IMG/VR virus record: IMGVR_UViG_3300009185_000001 | Location: 64,001-128,000 of that record | DNA from: a virus | Taxonomy: Duplodnaviria > Caudoviricetes | Direction: 5' to 3' (one strand) | Length of the DNA: 64,000 nt | Shown here: positions 18,517 to 28,414 of the stretch, one piece after another | Layout: every line of letters starts with the position of its first letter | Numbering within the stretch: position 1 is the stretch's first letter | Notes under the pieces: generated by a model | Databases searched by the model: none | What the model was told of the DNA's origin: nothing | Seen by the model: the letters and a program-made list of their open reading frames with translations, nothing else | Made by a program: the position numbers and the translations under genes

Positions 18517-19371
18517 TTACAGATCCTTTAGAATGTCTTGAATCTTGTCATCGTTAGACAACTCATCGGAGTTTCGTTCGATTACGTTATCTGCCTTCTT
18601 AGTTACTGGAATAAAATCCTCTTCTACATCCTCAACAATTGTCTTGTTTGTAGGAGCAAAACTTTCTTCCTGACCCAAGAAATGAGTGTTCAAAGTAGCC
18701 TGAATCTCTTCCCTTGTCTTGTGTTCAAAAACAGTATCAAGATCCTTAGCAGATGCATATAGTTGTTCAATATCATCAACTCCTTCAAGTGCGGACGGAG
18801 CCATGAATCTAGAGGCTGTATACTGTGGATATCCACCATCATTGCCCTCTACCTTAATGCGAAGACTGCATCCCTTTTCCGAAAGATCAAAAATTTTTGA
18901 ACCAAATTCATCAGAATCATCACCACTAATTGCAGCAGAAATTACATTGTAAAGTTGCTTGCCGAAGCGAAGAACTTTCATCTGACCTTGATTTTCTGGA
19001 TTTGTCGGATCCTTCACAACAAATACATTGCAGAGCCAATTTTCATTCCTACGAATAGGCTTGATCCTTTCAATTTCCGCTTCATTCTTGGTGTTATAAA
19101 TCTTAGAACGATATTCGTCAATAGGACAAGTCTCTCCGTATGTATTCGGACAGAGAACAGATACCAACTGAGTTGTAATGACGCTCTTCCAGATATGATG
19201 ATAATAGTGATACATTGTCCTCTCTGGAGCGTTTAGGTTAGGAACCAAACGAACTACATAGCTGTTTCCGACCTCCAGCTTTAGAAAGTCTTTGTAGTTG
19301 GCATTCTCTGATGTTGTTTTCTTGTTAAGAGCCTCTTTAATGGACTCGAATAGGTTACTTGTATATTTCAT
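18517..19371 (-). CDS. gp32: Single-stranded DNA-binding protein gp32
   Basis: YHHIW, CPNTYGETCPIDEY, WLCNVFVVKDPTNPENQG, FGKQL, YPQYTASRF; acidic C-terminal tail. Confidence 0.9.
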   Translation of the reverse strand: MKYTSNLFESIKEALNKKTTSENANYKDFLKLEVGNSYVVRLVPNLNAPERTMYHYYHHIWKSVITTQLVSVLCPNTYGETCPIDEYRSKIYNTKNEAEIERIKPIRRNENWLCNVFVVKDPTNPENQGQMKVLRFGKQLYNVISAAISGDDSDEFGSKIFDLSEKGCSLRIKVEGNDGGYPQYTASRFMAPSALEGVDDIEQLYASAKDLDTVFEHKTREEIQATLNTHFLGQEESFAPTNKTIVEDVEEDFIPVTKKADNVIERNSDELSNDDKIQDILKDL

Positions 19372-19421
19372 ATATTTTGTATTTGTGTTATTTTGTTGTT
19401 TCTATGCTTCTAAATATTAGC

Positions 19422-20078
19422 TCAAACTCTTGAAGTTTGCAACTCTTTTTTTAGAAAATTTTTTATTTTATTAGCAGCCTCTTTTACAAGGTTTTTTGTT
19501 ATTTCGCTGTTATAATATCGAGTACGATACGAATCAATCTTTTCAAAAAAATCACCAGACCATACGATTCTTTCCTCTTCATTCATCATTTTAAATTTAT
19601 TAAAATCTCCCAATTCAAAGAAGGTATATGGATTTACATGATGTTCTCTATAATGTTGCATCCATGTAGGCATATTGTGGGTTTTATGACTAAGGTAATC
19701 TTCTAAGAAAAGATTATTTTTTAAACAAAACATTGCGATATAATGAAAACTTTCTTTGATTTTGTCAAGCTGTTTTTCAGGAGATTCGTCTTCCCGCTTT
19801 TTAATAGCCAATGAATATGATTTAATCGCGGGTCTTGTTATGAAAAAGTTGAGAGGAGGACATTTTTCGTCCGGATGCAAGAAATTTGGTGCTCCTAAAA
19901 AATCATCATATGTAATATGAGGAAATTTATTGAAAAACGCATTGAGTTTACGCAGAAGCACTATATTAGTGTAATCAATGTCTGAAAAATCTTTTCTAGG
20001 TTGGAACGGCAGTCCTTTCCTATAATGTTTTAAGTAGCAATTATAAATATTTTTTTCTTGCTGCGTAATATTATTCAA
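19422..20078 (-). CDS. Possible helicase loader (gp59-like)
   Basis: 218 aa, basic/aromatic; adjacent to gp32 as gene 59 is in T4; TTG start. Confidence 0.35.
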   Translation of the reverse strand: MNNITQQEKNIYNCYLKHYRKGLPFQPRKDFSDIDYTNIVLLRKLNAFFNKFPHITYDDFLGAPNFLHPDEKCPPLNFFITRPAIKSYSLAIKKREDESPEKQLDKIKESFHYIAMFCLKNNLFLEDYLSHKTHNMPTWMQHYREHHVNPYTFFELGDFNKFKMMNEEERIVWSGDFFEKIDSYRTRYYNSEITKNLVKEAANKIKNFLKKELQTSRV

Positions 20079-20081
20079 TTT

Positions 20082-20381
20082 TTATGGTTTTTCTTTGTTA
20101 AGTTTTGATCTGAATATTTTTTTGTATATATTTGGCGTACTATTTAAATATGCCTTCATTATTATTTGAAAATTTTCTTCATTCAAAAGTTTGAAGTAAA
20201 TGTTCTGTGTCTTCTTATCTTCTATCACGAATTTTAAGAAGTTCAAGAAATTAAATTTCTTTTTTTTCGCTATGCAAACAAAAGATCCAACTTTTAAAGT
20301 AATATCTTCGAATTCCGACAAATCCATTGCATTTGATGGGTTCATCATGTCTTCTACTTGTTGTGTTGAGGTAATAATCAT
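20082..20381 (-). CDS. Hypothetical protein
   Basis: ATG at 20381 makes an ATGA overlap with the DHH gene stop. Confidence 0.45.
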   Translation of the reverse strand: MIITSTQQVEDMMNPSNAMDLSEFEDITLKVGSFVCIAKKKKFNFLNFLKFVIEDKKTQNIYFKLLNEENFQIIMKAYLNSTPNIYKKIFRSKLNKEKP

Positions 20382-21304
20382 ATAATGGGGTTTAAGTTTT
20401 TTGTAATTTCCATGAATAATGGAGTAATAGTACCTGCGGCAGCATTCATATGACCACCACCATTGCAATATTTTTCTGCAAATGCTCCACAATCTATTTT
20501 ATCATTTTCGTTGTACTGTCTTATGGAGACTTTTTCATTTTTCATGTTTATAAAAAAGAATAAATCAGTTTTATTTTTTCTTACCAACACTTCCATGACT
20601 TGTGGAACTATTCTATCTACCATAGCAGCACAAACTTTTTTTTCTTTTCCTTCTACATGGACAGAACCGGAAAACATTTGTATTTTTGAGGCTTCTTTTT
20701 CTGCTTCATTTTTTATAAAAGCAATTGCTTTTTTTTGTTTTTCGGTGAATGGTTTGAACCCATCATAATAATCATTTAAAAAGTCTGAAAACCTATTTTG
20801 ATATTCACTCCAAAATAATATATTCAAATCATATGAATATTGAAGGCTTAATTTATAAGAATCAAAATCATCGGTCAAAACAACCAATAATTTCCTAGCA
20901 TCGGTTGTTTCTATCTTATCTTTAAACAATTTATACATCAAAAGAGTATTGGATGAATATTCTTTATAAATTATTTTTGCATTTTTAAACCTATCGATAA
21001 AATTCTCGGAAGATTTATGGTGATCAAAAAAAACTATATGCGATTTGTCTAAATCTGGTAGAAATTCCTCCCGCAATCCCATATCAAATATCAATGTCTT
21101 TGATGGATTGTGAGAGTTTAATACTTCTCTTTTTAATTTTGGAATTTCTAGATTAGATATGGGTGTATAATAAAAGGAATCGCCCTTGGGTTGACTCCAC
21201 ATGTATACTAAAACACTTACAGCCCCGTCTAAATCGTTATGCGTGAAAATATGATGACAATTAGCCATTTGAAACATATTTATAGGTCTTTCACATAATT
21301 TCAA
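20378..21304 (-). CDS. DHH/DHHA1 phosphoesterase
   Basis: THNDLDG, DMG, FFDHH, TDDFD and GGGHMNAA motifs. Confidence 0.85.
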   Translation of the reverse strand: MKLCERPINMFQMANCHHIFTHNDLDGAVSVLVYMWSQPKGDSFYYTPISNLEIPKLKREVLNSHNPSKTLIFDMGLREEFLPDLDKSHIVFFDHHKSSENFIDRFKNAKIIYKEYSSNTLLMYKLFKDKIETTDARKLLVVLTDDFDSYKLSLQYSYDLNILFWSEYQNRFSDFLNDYYDGFKPFTEKQKKAIAFIKNEAEKEASKIQMFSGSVHVEGKEKKVCAAMVDRIVPQVMEVLVRKNKTDLFFFINMKNEKVSIRQYNENDKIDCGAFAEKYCNGGGHMNAAAGTITPLFMEITKNLNPII

Positions 21305-22686
21305 TCATCACTTCCAATATTTTCAATTGCATTTAAGGTATCGGCTATGCTTTGAATTGCTGGAATGGATCCAGGAATGATTTTTTTCTTCGGTATAAAC
21401 ATTTTAGACACATCACTTGGATCTCTAAGTGTTAACGTAGGGTAGTCCAACTCCAATACAGTATGACACTGAACGGGTCCAAACCTATTTTTATTAATTC
21501 CGAGGTGAATCTGTCCAAGATCAACGTCTCCTTCTTCCGACCAAATTGCAAACTGTGCATCTGCTGTATGTGAAAGTCCCATGGATTCACTCATCGTTTC
21601 AAGACCGGGATTAGCCTCTCCGTATGCACTTCTATTAGCTTGTGTAGCGGTTATAATAGGACATTCAAAGTGATAAGACATTGCTCGTATTTGTTCTGTA
21701 ATTGCTTTGACGGATTCGTATGAATTCTTTCCCTTTTCTGGAGGTGCTAGGAGATTTAAATAATCAAGAACCACAACATCAGGCTTTATTCCCTTTTTTA
21801 CCAATCTATCTAGATATGCTTTTATCTGATTAGGTGTTACTGTTTGTGGCGGGAACTCTTTTATGATAAGTTTTGCGTTCTTATGCTTTGTTTTATAAGA
21901 TCCAAGTTCCTTTTTAAGTGGTTCTATGCTACTGGTAAGATCTGCCATCGCTATTTGTGTGAGATTTGCACTCATTCGCTTGGCATATACTTGTTCTGAC
22001 ATCTCCAAAGAGATCAAAACTACGGTTTTATCTTGATTTAAGATATTTGAGGCAATATTTCCCAAAAATATTGATTTTCCTACGTTAGTAACACCATAAA
22101 ACACATATATAGCTCTACCTTCAGCTAAAAACCCTCCACCAATCTTTTCATCTAACCAATTCCATCCACTAGGAATTGTTTTTGATACCTTTAATAGTTC
22201 TTTACAATGCTCATCAACAGATTCTAGATAATCAAACCCCATCTTTTCGATTAAAGAGATTCCACAAGCCTTTTCAAAATCTGCCAAGATTTTAGCACTG
22301 TCTATTTCTCCGGATTGAACGTCCACGGAGGTTTTAATAACAGTATTCAATACTGCCTTTTCTTTTAAGAACCTTTCAGTGTTTTTTAATAAAACATCTC
22401 TATCATAACTCTTATCAATACCGGAAAAACTCAGTGCAACATTCTTTAGCGCGTCTCGTTTTTCTTGTTCCACCAAATGAACCTTCAATTCTGTTATATT
22501 TGGAACTTTATTGTATGTAGAGTAGTATTGACACAATGATTCAAAGATTATTTTTATATCTTTATCTTTAAAATATGAAGGTTTTGCATGTTCTACAATA
22601 CTTTCAAGATAAATGGGATCCATAAGAGCATTATAGATCACCATTTTCTCAAAAAGTTCAACATTTAAGGGCAAGCTTTTTACCAT
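21301..22686 (-). CDS. gp41: Replicative DnaB-like helicase gp41
   Basis: GVTNVGKS Walker A, ISLEMSE, VVLDYLNL, TATQANR, INKNRFG. Confidence 0.93.
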   Translation of the reverse strand: MVKSLPLNVELFEKMVIYNALMDPIYLESIVEHAKPSYFKDKDIKIIFESLCQYYSTYNKVPNITELKVHLVEQEKRDALKNVALSFSGIDKSYDRDVLLKNTERFLKEKAVLNTVIKTSVDVQSGEIDSAKILADFEKACGISLIEKMGFDYLESVDEHCKELLKVSKTIPSGWNWLDEKIGGGFLAEGRAIYVFYGVTNVGKSIFLGNIASNILNQDKTVVLISLEMSEQVYAKRMSANLTQIAMADLTSSIEPLKKELGSYKTKHKNAKLIIKEFPPQTVTPNQIKAYLDRLVKKGIKPDVVVLDYLNLLAPPEKGKNSYESVKAITEQIRAMSYHFECPIITATQANRSAYGEANPGLETMSESMGLSHTADAQFAIWSEEGDVDLGQIHLGINKNRFGPVQCHTVLELDYPTLTLRDPSDVSKMFIPKKKIIPGSIPAIQSIADTLNAIENIGSDD

Positions 22687-22692
22687 GTTGGT

Positions 22693-22721
22693 ATCATATG
22701 CTTATTTCCTAGAGATGGCAA
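22693..22721 (-). promoter_or_regulatory. Sigma70-type promoter of the gp41 helicase
   Basis: TTGCCA-17-TATGAT-6-ATG. Confidence 0.65.
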
Positions 22722-22729
22722 TAACAAAA

Positions 22730-23827
22730 TTACTCTTCTTTTTTAAATCTTAGTTCTGTTTTCAATTTCTCTTCCAAAAGCGGAAGAATTCTTGCCCAAA
22801 CTGCATCATCATCTTTAAAATCCTTATAAAACCCAATAATTTCTTCTCCCAAAGCATATCGATGTCCTTGTTTATGGACAATATTATATCCTTCGGCCAT
22901 TTCCAAGAGTCCAGAGTACTTAGAAATACCTGTTCTAAAATTTAAATACATCTCTGCTTCCAAGAATGGAGGTACAAATCGATTTTTAGTAGTCAATGCC
23001 CTCATCGTAAGACCATTAACGTCTTTTGATAGCGGTGTTGTTTCGTCAGAAGCATTTTTATTGTCTGATTTACCGACTCTTTCTTGCTTGGTTGACATTT
23101 GAACTAATACAGAAGACATATAAAGCGGTCCAGAACCTCCAGATTGGCTTTTTACTAGAGTTGGATACATTGCACCGGGATTGTCATAGGTATGATTAGT
23201 GAAAACAACCGGACAATTTGCCTTTGCTGCTGCATGTGTGATTGCTCTCAGCATACTTTTCAAACTAACTGCTCTTGCACCCATGTCTGCGGAATCTTTA
23301 CCATCATCAATAATCTTTGCTTCTCTAGCAGATATCAAATTTCCCAAAGAATCAATCGCTAACATAATTTTGCCTTGTAGACCACTATCTACAACTGATT
23401 TTAAGAATTTTACGATTTGGTTCCTGCATTCTTCGATAATTTCAATCGGACAATGCTTGATTTTTGAAGAATCACATCCCAATGACTCAGCGGTTTCTTT
23501 ATCCAAAGCATTTTCAGTATCGAAATACACCACATGCATTCCTTTTTTTTGTGCATTGGCCATTATTTTATTAACCATCAAAGTTTTTCCACATGCTTGT
23601 GGACCTGCAAACCCAGTTATTCTTCCTACTGGTATTCCACCATACAAAGAACCAGATATAATAGCATTTAATGCCATACATCCAGTATCCACCCATTCTT
23701 TTACAGTAGATAGTGTGTTTTCATCCAAAAATTGAGCATCTGGATTCAAATCATCAAGGATTTTGAATGCGTCTTTGATATCGCCACTTAGTTCTGTTTC
23801 GTCTGTTTCGTTTTTTCTTTTAGCCAT
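22730..23827 (-). CDS. uvsX: RecA-like recombinase UvsX
   Basis: GGIPVGRITGFAGPQACGKT, YFDTENA, IDSLGNL, FTNHTY, GGSGPLY. Confidence 0.93.
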   Translation of the reverse strand: MAKRKNETDETELSGDIKDAFKILDDLNPDAQFLDENTLSTVKEWVDTGCMALNAIISGSLYGGIPVGRITGFAGPQACGKTLMVNKIMANAQKKGMHVVYFDTENALDKETAESLGCDSSKIKHCPIEIIEECRNQIVKFLKSVVDSGLQGKIMLAIDSLGNLISAREAKIIDDGKDSADMGARAVSLKSMLRAITHAAAKANCPVVFTNHTYDNPGAMYPTLVKSQSGGSGPLYMSSVLVQMSTKQERVGKSDNKNASDETTPLSKDVNGLTMRALTTKNRFVPPFLEAEMYLNFRTGISKYSGLLEMAEGYNIVHKQGHRYALGEEIIGFYKDFKDDDAVWARILPLLEEKLKTELRFKKEE

Positions 23828-23833
23828 GTTAGT

Positions 23834-23861
23834 ATTATAAACAAAAAACCTAGAAAGTCAA
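23834..23861 (-). promoter_or_regulatory. Sigma70-type promoter of uvsX
   Basis: TTGACT-16-TATAAT-6-ATG. Confidence 0.65.
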
Positions 23862-23879
23862 AAACTTTCTAGGTTTTTT
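23843..23879. terminator. Intrinsic, probably bidirectional terminator upstream of uvsX
   Basis: 16-bp perfect inverted repeat aaaaaacctagaaagt-caaaa-actttctaggtttttt with A/T tracts at both ends. Confidence 0.75.
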
Positions 23880-23901
23880 TGTGTGTCAAACTAACTTTAA
23901 T

Positions 23902-24300
23902 CTATTCATCAAATAGATTAATGATAGTTGGGGATGGTTTTTCCCCTGATGAAGGTTGCGGTGGGGGTTGTGACGGTGCAGTGAATACATTGTTCTTATT
24001 AAACATCTGATCATACTGTGATTTTAAACGATAATCAAATGCATCAACATTTGTTTCTGTAATACTTGCCTTTTTATAAAAGGCAAGAGAGTCACTAGCC
24101 TTGTCTCCCAAGAATTCTCTAAAAATAATTGGAAATAGCTTAACAGACATTCTACCCATTTGATCTTGTTGCTCAACGTGTAGAATAACTGGATTTTTAA
24201 CAGCCAGAATTTGTTCTGTGGTTTGTGTATCTTCTCGTTCTCCGATAACTGTTCTGCCAACGGTGTCGAGAATTGCGATGAATTTATTTTGTGTTTCCAT
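23902..24300 (-). CDS. Hypothetical protein (small beta-barrel-like)
   Basis: 132 aa, FIAILDTVGRTVIGE...VKNPVILHV; TTGACA at 24333-24338 upstream. Confidence 0.5.
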   Translation of the reverse strand: METQNKFIAILDTVGRTVIGEREDTQTTEQILAVKNPVILHVEQQDQMGRMSVKLFPIIFREFLGDKASDSLAFYKKASITETNVDAFDYRLKSQYDQMFNKNNVFTAPSQPPPQPSSGEKPSPTIINLFDE

Positions 24301-24318
24301 GTTGTTATATATTTTATA

Positions 24319-25038
24319 TTAATTTTCGGTTTTGTCAACTGGAAGATTCCAACTAATAATTTTTTTAATGTGATTTAAAAAATCAGTTTGAGATAATTTG
24401 TTTTTCATCCAATTACAAGTTTTACAGCATGTACAAACATTATTTTTAGTATAACCTAATCTATTATCTATTCTATCCAATCCATTACGTTTCCAAATAT
24501 TTAAATTGCTAGATTTTGAATTATTACTTTCAATACTACCGCAATAAAAACATTTTTTTTCGCATAAAAAAACAAAATCACGAAAATTTAAAGAAAATTT
24601 TAAATTTCTATTTTTAGCATTTGATTTATACGAATTATACGTTTTAATTTTAGATGATTTTTTATCGGGATCACATCTACATCCTAAAAATTTTTTTCTC
24701 TTTAGTGCTGTTGCTCTGATTTTATATTCTTTTTTGCAATCTATACATTCACATAAATACAAATGACCCTGTTTACCATTACTTTTTGAATTTTTTTCTA
24801 AAAGTTTTAAAACTTTTAATTTTCCAAAAAAATTATCAGTTAAATCATTCCAAAAATCTTTTTTACAACCACAAGATATTTGTTTTTTTAAAAAATGACT
24901 TTGTATTATTGTTTCTTTACCACAATTACACAAACATCTAATATTAGAATGTTTTCCACTTTTATTAGAAGGTATTATCTCTAATACCGTTAAATTTTGA
25001 AATTTTTGATTTAAATGTATACTGCATCGTCTACCCAT
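24319..25038 (-). mobile_element. Free-standing HNH-type homing endonuclease
   Basis: Two N-terminal L-x-V...CxCxCG/CxC repeats, then CFYCG...NGLDRIDNRLGYTKNNVCTCCKTCNWMK; exact TATAAATA at 25045-25052. Confidence 0.8.
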
Positions 25039-25044
25039 ATAAAA

Positions 25045-25052
25045 TATTTATA
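25045..25052 (-). promoter_or_regulatory. T4-type late promoter of the HNH gene
   Basis: TATAAATA, 6 nt before ATG. Confidence 0.65.
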
Positions 25053-25076
25053 CTAAATGCTACAAATTACATACAT

Positions 25077-25742
25077 TTACATAAAATTTCCTTTAAATTC
25101 GTTAAAATTATTTAATGCACTTGTTGTATTTGGAAATATTTCTGAAATTATTTTTGATATTTCTAATGCAATTTCTCTATGTTCTAGTTGTGTATTTTCT
25201 TCCAACCTCACGTTGAAGTAAGAAATCCAGGAACGAAGATTTCCGGTCATATAAAGTGTAGTCTGAGTACAAAGAGGAAGCAACATTCTTGCACATTCTC
25301 TTGCTGCACCCTTTTCTAACAAATTTTCATATAAAGAAACTCCTTCTACAATGTGTGATTTCAGCCTTTCCAAGTCCTCTTCGGAAAGATCCAACATATC
25401 ACTACTGGATTGTCTATTTTTATCTGCTTGTTTTCTTATGTTAAAAGATTCTAATGACGTGATTGTGCTATATCTCTGACTAAATTCTTGAAAACAAAAG
25501 CTTCTATGCCGAAGAATCTGAGCAGCAATCGCTCTTGAGGTGACAATTTGGAACGTCAAAGAAACTTGTTCAAAAGGAGACCAATGTTTATGCTTAATTA
25601 AGTACTTCAACAATTTTGGAGCAGTTTCAGTATTCATTTGATTGCTAGGGTTAGAGACTCTAGCAATATAGCTGATTAAATCTTCAGCGGATAGTAATCC
25701 TTCGACTAGTGGTTGTGTTATGCTTATTAGTTGTACTTCCAT
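25077..25742 (-). CDS. thyX: FAD-dependent thymidylate synthase
   Basis: HWSPFE, RHRSFCFQEFSQRY, ARMLLP, QLEHR. Confidence 0.95.
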   Translation of the reverse strand: MEVQLISITQPLVEGLLSAEDLISYIARVSNPSNQMNTETAPKLLKYLIKHKHWSPFEQVSLTFQIVTSRAIAAQILRHRSFCFQEFSQRYSTITSLESFNIRKQADKNRQSSSDMLDLSEEDLERLKSHIVEGVSLYENLLEKGAARECARMLLPLCTQTTLYMTGNLRSWISYFNVRLEENTQLEHREIALEISKIISEIFPNTTSALNNFNEFKGNFM

Positions 25743-25797
25743 AAATAAAATTATAAATTAATTTACAAATAAATCAAATAAATTTTTGTTATATAAA

Positions 25798-28374
25798 TTA
25801 ATTGCCAAATAAATCAAATAAATTTGTATGTGTTTCGAGTGTAATTTGAGGAAGATCCCATCCTATGCAATCATAAAGACGCTTTACGGGAGGGGTTACA
25901 CTCTTATCAAACATCTTTGAATGATTGATAGTAAAAATATGATTAAATTCTGTAGGAAACTCATCTAAGAATGCCATTGAAGTGAAATTAAAAGCATTTT
26001 TAGACGGATAAAACCATTTAATCTTTATTCCGCTACCAATGGCTTCGTATCTTCCCTCCAAATCAAAATGTTTTAACATATTATTAAAATATATAGCACC
26101 CTTCGCATGAACTGGTGTGCCTAATCCAATTTTTCCATCAGATGTTATCTTTTTTTTCTGTTTTTCTATATCAGATATTTTGCTTCTGAATGCAATGTCA
26201 GCTATAGGAAAATTACAGAATTGTTGATAGGCAGATTTTAAAATTTTATTAGAAGCTTCTTTGTCTTGTGATAAAATTGCAGATTCGATTACATTTTTAA
26301 TCAAATCCTTTGTTGCATCTGAAAAGGATGATCGAACAACTTCTACCCCAACATATTTAAACGGTTTTTTTGGGACAACCCCCTCCGATTCCAATACATG
26401 CATTATGTATCTTTTCTTTTCCATGAACACCGCCACATCACATATTGCTTCCTGCTTAAAAATAAATCTAGGATCTGTTGATTTTAGTTCAGACTTAGAC
26501 CATTCAATAATTCCCTTATTTAAATAATCCCCGATTTCATTAATAATAGAATATGATTCATCAGTAATTTTATTATTCGCTAACAATTCTACATTAAAAT
26601 GATCTAAGACAGGTTGAATAGAAAAATAACAACTGTCCGTATCTCCATATTTATAAATAGCAGATTTTTCACACTGAACATTCTTGCTTTTTACATATTC
26701 ATAGACAATTTCCGATGCTTGTTTAACCACTGCCTGACCTGTTAATGTAATGCTTGCTGCATGATCAATATCAAACAATGGAGAATACTTTTGACCAAAA
26801 ACTCCATAAATAGAATTCAAAATTAATTTATACACATTTTGTATGGTATCTAAATCCATGATCCTCTCTTCTATTTTAGATACTTCAGCAGGATCTTTGA
26901 TTTTTTTAGATTCTTTTGACAAAGAAATCATTTTATTTTTAGCATTTACACGTTCTTGATATAATCTATCGATAAATTTTGGAACAACACCCTTGAACTT
27001 TTGTGTATACAGAACATTATACTTCGATATAGAAATTTCTTCTTTCTTTAAAAGTTTTTGAAACTTCTCTTCTTCTAGAATAAAACTTTTTCCATTTGAA
27101 AGTTTTAAAGTATAGTTATTATTTTCTACATTTGTAATTCTTCCAATTTTAGTTTCTGGAGAAACGTTTAACGATATGATTGTATTTGGATATAGGCTGT
27201 TTGCGTCATAACTAACCACCGCTTTGCTCAATCCCCTTTCCGGATCGTGTACATAACCACCGACATATTCTGAAATCACATCTTCATTCTTAAATGTTGG
27301 TATGATCATATTATCTTTAGACGCCTGATTAGCTATTGCACCTGTAATAAGAGACACCTTTCCCATTGATTGTTCAAATTGGATGAATCCTTTATAAGAA
27401 ACATTTCTAATAAGGTTCAAATATTTTAATTTCTCATCTAATTTTACAAGAAGCCTTACGTCTTGAATGTTATAATCTACAAACTTGTCCCAATCCATAT
27501 CTGATAACGTGGAAAGATTAGTTGCTCCGATATTAACCTTTGTTTCGCCTAGCTCATACTGTCCGATATATCCAAGTGAATACGATTCCCTATCATTCCT
27601 AGAAAATGTTTTATATGCTTCCATATAATCGATACAACTCAATCCTCGTATATACCAACGATTGATTTGTTTTCCAAATTTATCAATTCCTACATTTTCT
27701 CTATAATAAATTTGATTTACCGGAGACATTTTAGCCGCTTCCTCGTCTCCTACAACATCGCTGAAGCGTCTCATGATATATGGAATATCGAATCCGCTAG
27801 AATTCCAACCTACTAGCATGTCTGGTGGTTCCTTTTCCCAAAAAGAAAGAAATTTTTGAATTAATTGTGATTCGCTAGCACAATAAAAGTATTTTACATT
27901 CGTATCTATTGGATTATATTTCTTCGTTCCCCAAGTATAGAATGTTTTGTCTAAAGAATTGTAAATTGTTATTAGATTGATGGGATCTGCTGCCTTTTCA
28001 GGAACAGGAAATGAACCTGTAGAATATGTTTCGATATCGAAGAAGTAAATCTTAAGAGGATTTTGACCAAATTCTGGTTTATCAATTTCATCCTTATAGG
28101 TACTCAATAAAAATTCTTGCTCACAACCAATATTATGAAACAATCTTTTAATAGGAGTTTCATTTACGTATTTGTTTCTCTCGAACTGATTCTTGAAGGT
28201 GAGCTTCTTTAAAGAAGTATTAAAAATAGATACCGCATCTGCACTTTGAGAAGATTCCACATAAAGATATGGTTCATAACTAGTCTCAATCTTAATTCTA
28301 TTGCCCAATTCATCCCATGTCCATAGGTGAATCAGCTGTTGTCTTCCATCATAAAAAATATTTCGCCATGCCAT
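25798..28374 (-). CDS. gp43: Family B DNA polymerase gp43
   Basis: Exo motifs FDIET, GWNSSGFDIPY, YNIQD; pol motifs YDANSLYP, KLILNSIYG, YGDTDS, KKRY. Confidence 0.97.
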   Translation of the reverse strand: MAWRNIFYDGRQQLIHLWTWDELGNRIKIETSYEPYLYVESSQSADAVSIFNTSLKKLTFKNQFERNKYVNETPIKRLFHNIGCEQEFLLSTYKDEIDKPEFGQNPLKIYFFDIETYSTGSFPVPEKAADPINLITIYNSLDKTFYTWGTKKYNPIDTNVKYFYCASESQLIQKFLSFWEKEPPDMLVGWNSSGFDIPYIMRRFSDVVGDEEAAKMSPVNQIYYRENVGIDKFGKQINRWYIRGLSCIDYMEAYKTFSRNDRESYSLGYIGQYELGETKVNIGATNLSTLSDMDWDKFVDYNIQDVRLLVKLDEKLKYLNLIRNVSYKGFIQFEQSMGKVSLITGAIANQASKDNMIIPTFKNEDVISEYVGGYVHDPERGLSKAVVSYDANSLYPNTIISLNVSPETKIGRITNVENNNYTLKLSNGKSFILEEEKFQKLLKKEEISISKYNVLYTQKFKGVVPKFIDRLYQERVNAKNKMISLSKESKKIKDPAEVSKIEERIMDLDTIQNVYKLILNSIYGVFGQKYSPLFDIDHAASITLTGQAVVKQASEIVYEYVKSKNVQCEKSAIYKYGDTDSCYFSIQPVLDHFNVELLANNKITDESYSIINEIGDYLNKGIIEWSKSELKSTDPRFIFKQEAICDVAVFMEKKRYIMHVLESEGVVPKKPFKYVGVEVVRSSFSDATKDLIKNVIESAILSQDKEASNKILKSAYQQFCNFPIADIAFRSKISDIEKQKKKITSDGKIGLGTPVHAKGAIYFNNMLKHFDLEGRYEAIGSGIKIKWFYPSKNAFNFTSMAFLDEFPTEFNHIFTINHSKMFDKSVTPPVKRLYDCIGWDLPQITLETHTNLFDLFGN

Positions 28375-28408
28375 GTTTCTAAGATATCATACTCCTAGAA
28401 ACATGGCA
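28369..28408 (-). promoter_or_regulatory. Hairpin/inverted repeat over the polymerase start codon, overlapping a sigma70-type promoter
   Basis: 13-bp arms 28369-28381 and 28396-28408 (tgccatgtttcta/tagaaacatggca); TTGCCA-17-TATCTT-6-ATG. Confidence 0.6.
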
Positions 28409-28414
28409 AGTATT

